This document shows positions 59,202 to 64,000 of a stretch of 64,000 nucleotides of DNA, one piece after another. Where the stretch lies: assembly GCF_028368995.1 (NCBI RefSeq), contig NZ_JAQNDL010000005.1, positions 656,619 through 720,618 of the forward strand, read 5' to 3'. The DNA comes from Nannocystis bainbridge (GTDB lineage Bacteria > Myxococcota_A > Polyangia > Nannocystales > Nannocystaceae). Made by a program: the position numbers and the translations under genes. The number at the start of each line of letters is the position of its first letter. Position 1 is the stretch's first letter. The notes below the pieces were generated by a model. The model did no database searches, was not told the origin of the DNA, and saw only the letters and a program-made list of their open reading frames with translations.

Positions 59202-59951
59202 GTGCCCGGTCCGGTCCACATCGTCGGCAATTACGTCTCGCCCTACGTCCGCAAGGTCCTGGTCGCGCTCGACCTCAAGGGCGTCGCGTACACCATCGAC
59301 CCGATCATCCCCTTCCTCGGCGGCGACGGCTTCTCCGCCGTCAGCCCGCTGCGGCGGATCCCCGTGCTCGTCGACGGCGACCTGACCCTCACCGACTCCA
59401 CCGTCATCTGCGAGTACCTCGAAGAGGTCCACCCCGCGCCGCCGCTGCTGCCGCGCACCCCGGCGCTGCGAGCCCGCGCGCGCTGGCTCGAGGAGTTCGC
59501 CGACACGCGCATGGGCGAGGTGCTGCTGTGGCGCCTGTTCGCCCAGGTGGTGGTGCGCCCGGCCGTGTTCAACCAGCCGCCCGACACCGCGCTGATCGAG
59601 AGGACCATCCGCGAGGACGTGCCGCCGGTGTTCGACTACCTCGAGGCGCAGGCGCCCGCGGACGGGTTCTTCTGCGGCGAGCTGTCGATCGCCGACATCG
59701 CCGTCGCCAGCTTCCTGCGCAACGCCGCCCTCGCCCGCGTCGAGCCTGACCCCGAGCGGTGGCCCCGCCTCGCCGGCCTGGCGGCGCGCACCTGGGCCCT
59801 GCCGAGCTTCGTCCGCCTGCAGGCGTTCGAGCGCGCCCTGCTCAAGGTCCCGCCGGCCCAGCACCGCCAGGCCCTGGCCGCCATCGGCGCGCCGATCAGC
59901 GCCGAGACCCTCGGCACCGACGTGCCGCGCCCGGGGCTGTCGCGCGGCTGA
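59202..59951 (+). CDS. Inverted copy of glutathione S-transferase
   Basis: Identical translation to 54719-55468. Confidence 0.6.
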   Translation: MPGPVHIVGNYVSPYVRKVLVALDLKGVAYTIDPIIPFLGGDGFSAVSPLRRIPVLVDGDLTLTDSTVICEYLEEVHPAPPLLPRTPALRARARWLEEFADTRMGEVLLWRLFAQVVVRPAVFNQPPDTALIERTIREDVPPVFDYLEAQAPADGFFCGELSIADIAVASFLRNAALARVEPDPERWPRLAGLAARTWALPSFVRLQAFERALLKVPPAQHRQALAAIGAPISAETLGTDVPRPGLSRG

Positions 59952-60148
59952 GCGCTCGCTCGCGCCGCGGGGTTGCCTGGCGAGCATGTCCGCAGGGGCA
60001 TGTCTGCGTGAGCATGTTCGAAAGAGCATGTCTGTTCGAGCATGTTCATGGGGGCATGTCTCCGAGGACATGGCGCCCGATCCGCGGAATGAACGCGGAC
60101 CGCGCCGGGGCCTTGCCGGCGCCCGGCCCTGCGCGTAGGGTGGCGGGG

Positions 60149-60679
60149 ATGACCGACGCCGGCCGGGCCCTGGCAGCGCTGGTCGCGGCACGGAGCGATC
60201 CGGCCGCGGTCCTGGCGATCTTCAACGACCACCGCAGCGCGTTCGACCGCCTGATCGGCCTGGCCTACACGGCGGTCAGCGCCGACGCGGTCGAGGCCGA
60301 GGTGCCCGTTACGCCGCAGCTGCTGCAGCCGTACGGCCTGGTCCACGGGGGCGTGTACGCGACGATCGTCGAGTCGCTGGCGAGCGCGGGCGCTGCGATG
60401 TCGGCGATGGCGCGCGGGCAGGCGACTGTCGGCCTCGAGAACGCGACCTCGTTCCTCCACGGCACCCGCGGCGGCACGCTGCGGGCCCGCGCGACCCCGC
60501 TGAGCCGCGGCCGGCGCACGCAGGTGTGGGGCGTCGAGATCCGCGACGACGACGGGCGCCCGGTCGCCAGCGGCCGCGTGCGCATGCTGTGCCTCGAGGG
60601 CGGGGCCACCATCGCCGGCGAGTCGGTGGCGCTGCGCGGCGACGACACGAGCGAGCCGGCGAGCGGCGCCGGCGAGTGA
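60149..60679 (+). CDS. Inverted copy of PaaI thioesterase
   Basis: Identical translation to 53991-54521. Confidence 0.6.
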   Translation: MTDAGRALAALVAARSDPAAVLAIFNDHRSAFDRLIGLAYTAVSADAVEAEVPVTPQLLQPYGLVHGGVYATIVESLASAGAAMSAMARGQATVGLENATSFLHGTRGGTLRARATPLSRGRRTQVWGVEIRDDDGRPVASGRVRMLCLEGGATIAGESVALRGDDTSEPASGAGE

Positions 60680-61074
60680 GCCGGCGGACGGGGCGCCGAT
60701 CGCCGCGGTCACTGTGAGGCGCCGCGCGGCCGCTGCGATCGCTGCGGCGCGGGCGTCGTCGAGGGTTCGCTCGCTCGCCGCTCGCTCGCGGCCCGCGCGA
60801 GCGCCATTGGAGCGAGCGATCGACGCGCGAGCGATCCGTCACTGCTGAAATCGACGCCCGGCGCCGCTGGAAGCGGGGGCTGCCGAACACCGGTCGGGCC
60901 CCGGTGTGTGGGCATTCACGTCTTTAATGTCGCGGGCCGCGAGCACGCGGCGGCGAGGCACACATCCTCGCACGAGCGGCGCTCGCCGCATCGGCCTCGC
61001 GTCGTCGTCGATTTCGTGACGACCGAGCGCTCTTGCGCCCGCGAGGCCCTTGTCGGACTCGCCGCAATTGTTCG

Positions 61075-64000
61075 ATGATCGCGGCCGCGTTCGCCCCCGT
61101 GAAAGGATTGTCCTTGTCCACGACCCTGCAGGAGCTCGTCGCTCGCCCGCTCGCCCCGGAGCGCTCTGCCGTCCTGCTCCGTAACCTGACCGCCGCGGTG
61201 CACGCCATGCACCGCCAGGGCCACGCCCACCGCCACCTCGCGCCGCGGTGGATCCGGCTGGTCGGCGACGACGTGGTCGGGCTCGACGGCGCGGACGAGG
61301 GCGCCGACTGGCTGGCCGCGCACCGGCCCGACGAGCTCGCTTACGCCGCGCCCGAGCTGCTGCAGCCGACGCTGCACGCCGCCGATCACCGCTCCGACCT
61401 CTATTCGCTCGGCGCGCTGCTCTACCACCTGCTGACCGGCGCGCCGCCGTTCACCGCCGTCGATCTGCTCGGATGGACGCACGCCCACGTGGCTCAGGCC
61501 CCACGCGCGCCGGCCGAGCTGCGCCCGGACGTGCCGGCGCCGCTGGCGGACATCGCCCTCAAGCTGCTGGCCAAGGCCGCCGACGAGCGCTACCAGAGCG
61601 CGGCGGGCCTGATCGCCGACCTCGAGCGCTGGCTGGCCGCGGCGGCCCGCGGTGACGGCGAGCAGCGGTTCCCGCTCGGCCAGCGCGACGTGCCCGAGCA
61701 GCTGCGGATCTCCCAGCGCCTCTACGGCCGCGACGCCGAGCTGCAGGCGCTCGAGGGGGCGCGCGAGCGGGTGGCCCAGCGCGGCGCGCCCGAGCTGGCG
61801 CTGGTGCGCGGGCCCTCGGGCATCGGCAAGTCGGCGCTGGTCGACGCGCTCGAGCGACGCCACGCCGCCCAGCCCGGCATGTTCGTGGCCGGCAAGTTCG
61901 ATCAGTACGACCGCGACATCCCGTACGCCACCCTCGTCAAGGCGTTCGGCGAGCTGGCCCGCCAGCTGCTGGCCGCCAGCGAGGAGCACCTGGCCAGCTG
62001 GCGCCAGCGCCTGCAGGCCGAGCTCGGCAACCTCGGGCAGTTGGTCGTCGACATCATCCCGCAGCTCGAGCTCGTGATCGGGCCGCAGCCGCCGGTCCCG
62101 CCGCAGCCGCTGCTCGAGGCGCAGAACCGCTTCAACCGGGTCCTGCGCCAGTTCATCGGCGTGTTCGCCCAGCCCGACCACCCGCTGATCCTGTTCCTCG
62201 ACGACCTGCAGTGGGCCGACACCGCCAGCATCCGCCTGCTGCAGCACATCCTCACCCACCCCGACGTCCAGCACGTGCTGGTCGTGTGCGCCTATCGCGA
62301 CGGCGAGATCGATCCGACCCACCCGTGGACCGCCGCGCTGCTCGAGATCCAGAGCGCCGGGGTGCGCGTGTCGGACCTCGTGGTCGCGCCGTTGCCGGCG
62401 CAGCACGTGGCCACGCTGCTGGCCGACACCCTGCGCTGCGGCCCCGAGGCGGCCGATCAGCTGGCCGGGCTGCTGCACGCCAAGACCGCCGGCAACCCGT
62501 TCTTCGTCGGCCAGTTCTTGACCATGCTGGCGGCCGAGGGCCTGCTCTACCTCGACCCCGAGGCCGGCGTGTGGCGCTGGGACCTCGCGGCGATCGAGAC
62601 CCAGGGCTACACCGACAACATCGTCGCCTTGATGCTCGAGCGGCTGCGCGGGCTGCCGGCGGCGACCCAGCGGGCCCTCAGCCTGCTCGCCTGCGCCGGC
62701 GCCGAGATCGCGCCGACGACCCTGGCGGCGCTGCTGGGCCGCGACGAGGCGGCGGTGATGGCCGACCTCGCGCCGGCGCTGACCGACGCGCTGGTGGTCG
62801 CGCGCGGCGGCCAGCTCAAGTTCACCCACGATCGCGTGCAGCAGGCCGCCTACAGCCTCACGCCCGAGGCCGAGCGGGCCGGCGTGCACCTGCGCATCGG
62901 TCGCGAGCTGCGCGGCCCGCCCGGCAGCGACGTCGCGCCCGAGCGGCTGTTCGCGGTCGTCAATCACCTCAACGCCGCGGCCGCGCTGATCGACGATCCG
63001 CAGGCCCGCTTCGACCTCGCGCGCCTCGACCTGCAGGCCGGGCGGCGGGCCAAGCAGGCCAACGCCTACGCCTCGGCGCTCGTGTACCTGCGGGCCGCGC
63101 TCGGCCTCTTGCCCGCCGACACCTGGGACGCGCACTTCCAGCTGACCTTCGATCTCCACCGCGACCTGTCGGAGTGCGCCTATCTCTGCAACGAGAACGA
63201 GGCGGCCGAGCAGCTGTTCGCCGCGGCGCTGTCGCGCGCCCGCGGGCCGCTCGAGCGGGCCGAGATCTTCACGCTGCAGATCAGCCTGTTCTACTCGGTC
63301 GGCCGCATGCAGGAGAGCCTCGACGTCGGGCAAAAGGCCCTGGCGCGAGCTCGGCGTCGACATCCCGGCCACCGCCGAGGCGCGCCTGGCCGCGTTCGGA
63401 CCGATGATCGAGGTCGCGGTGGCCCGCTTCTCGGTGCTCGACATCGAGGCGCTCGAGCACGCGACCTCGGTCGCCGACCCGGCGCGCCAAGGTCGCCGCG
63501 CAGGTGCTGGTCAGCCTGCTGCCGTCGAGCTTCTACCTCCGACATCGTCCTGTTCTCGATACATCATCCTCCGCCTCGTCGAGCTGTCGCTGTCCACGGC
63601 GAGACGCGCGACTCGGTGTCGGTACGCCTCGTTCGCGCTGCTGCTGGTCACCGTGCTCGGCGAGCACGACCTCTCGGGGCGGATCGCGCGCATGACCCTG
63701 CGCCGGCTCGACCACATCGCCGACGCCGGCGTGCACGCCAAGGTGCGCACGATCTACGGCTGGTTCACCGGCCCGTGGCACGAGCCGCTGCCGCAGATCC
63801 TGGCCCACCTGCGCGCCGGGCAGCAGGCCGGCGTCGAGGCCGGCGACCTCTCGGCCTACGGCGCGTTCGCGCTGCTCGGCCAGGACACGCTGCTGCTGTG
63901 CCGCGGCGACGCGCTGGCCAGGTCGAGGAGCTGGCCGCCACCGCAGCAGCTACGTGCAGATGCAGCACGAGATCGCGGTCATGACCGTCGAGGTCGTGCT
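61075..64000 (+). pseudogene. Inverted partial copy of the AAA/GAF/PAS/STAS sensor, frameshifted from ~63343
   Basis: Identical translation until '...DVGQKAL', then multiple 1-3 nt indels versus 50666-51330. Confidence 0.7.

Larger units (their letters stand above)
50666..64000. repeat. Giant inverted duplication: arms ~50666-57288 and 57382-64000 with a ~93-bp spacer
   Basis: ORF pairs map x to 114670-x (for example 53991-54911 and 59759-60679) with identical translations. Extends to the window end. Confidence 0.97.

Noticed and set aside
63343-64000. Programmed frameshifts or true pseudogenisation in the second sensor copy
   Set aside because: Dense small indels confined to the window-end tail fit low-coverage read error better.

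Overview
Very GC-rich chromosomal DNA, most likely from a myxobacterium of the Nannocystis/Polyangiales type. That assignment is inferred from the MglA/MglB-like genes, MYXO-CTERM-like sorting tail, Thr/Gly-linker lipoproteins and TPR-bearing Ser/Thr kinases. About 40 plausible CDS lie in the unique part (1 to ~57.3 kb); I saw no rRNA, tRNA, CRISPR or transposase. Highlights: (1) A compact four-gene operon (15497-20842, minus strand) encodes an Ldh2/ComC-type dehydrogenase, a PEP-mutase::adenylation-enzyme fusion, an acyl carrier protein and an MBOAT. It looks like a Dlt-style pathway that makes a phosphonate acid (probably phosphonolactate) and transfers it to a cell-envelope acceptor, and it sits behind a TTGACA promoter with a perfect 10-1-10 operator palindrome. 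(2) A 14-bp palindrome, TGTCC-N4-GGACA, occurs as strictly 14-bp-phased tandem arrays (CATG every 14 nt) in at least six intergenic spacers and as single copies inside genes, including many in the PVPED-repeat linker of a giant MglA-like GTPase. (3) A low-GC two-gene islet (22067-23730) is a candidate defence module. (4) Everything after ~57.3 kb is an inverted copy of ~50.7-57.3 kb with a snap-back junction and a decaying tail, most likely a fold-back chimera (artefact).
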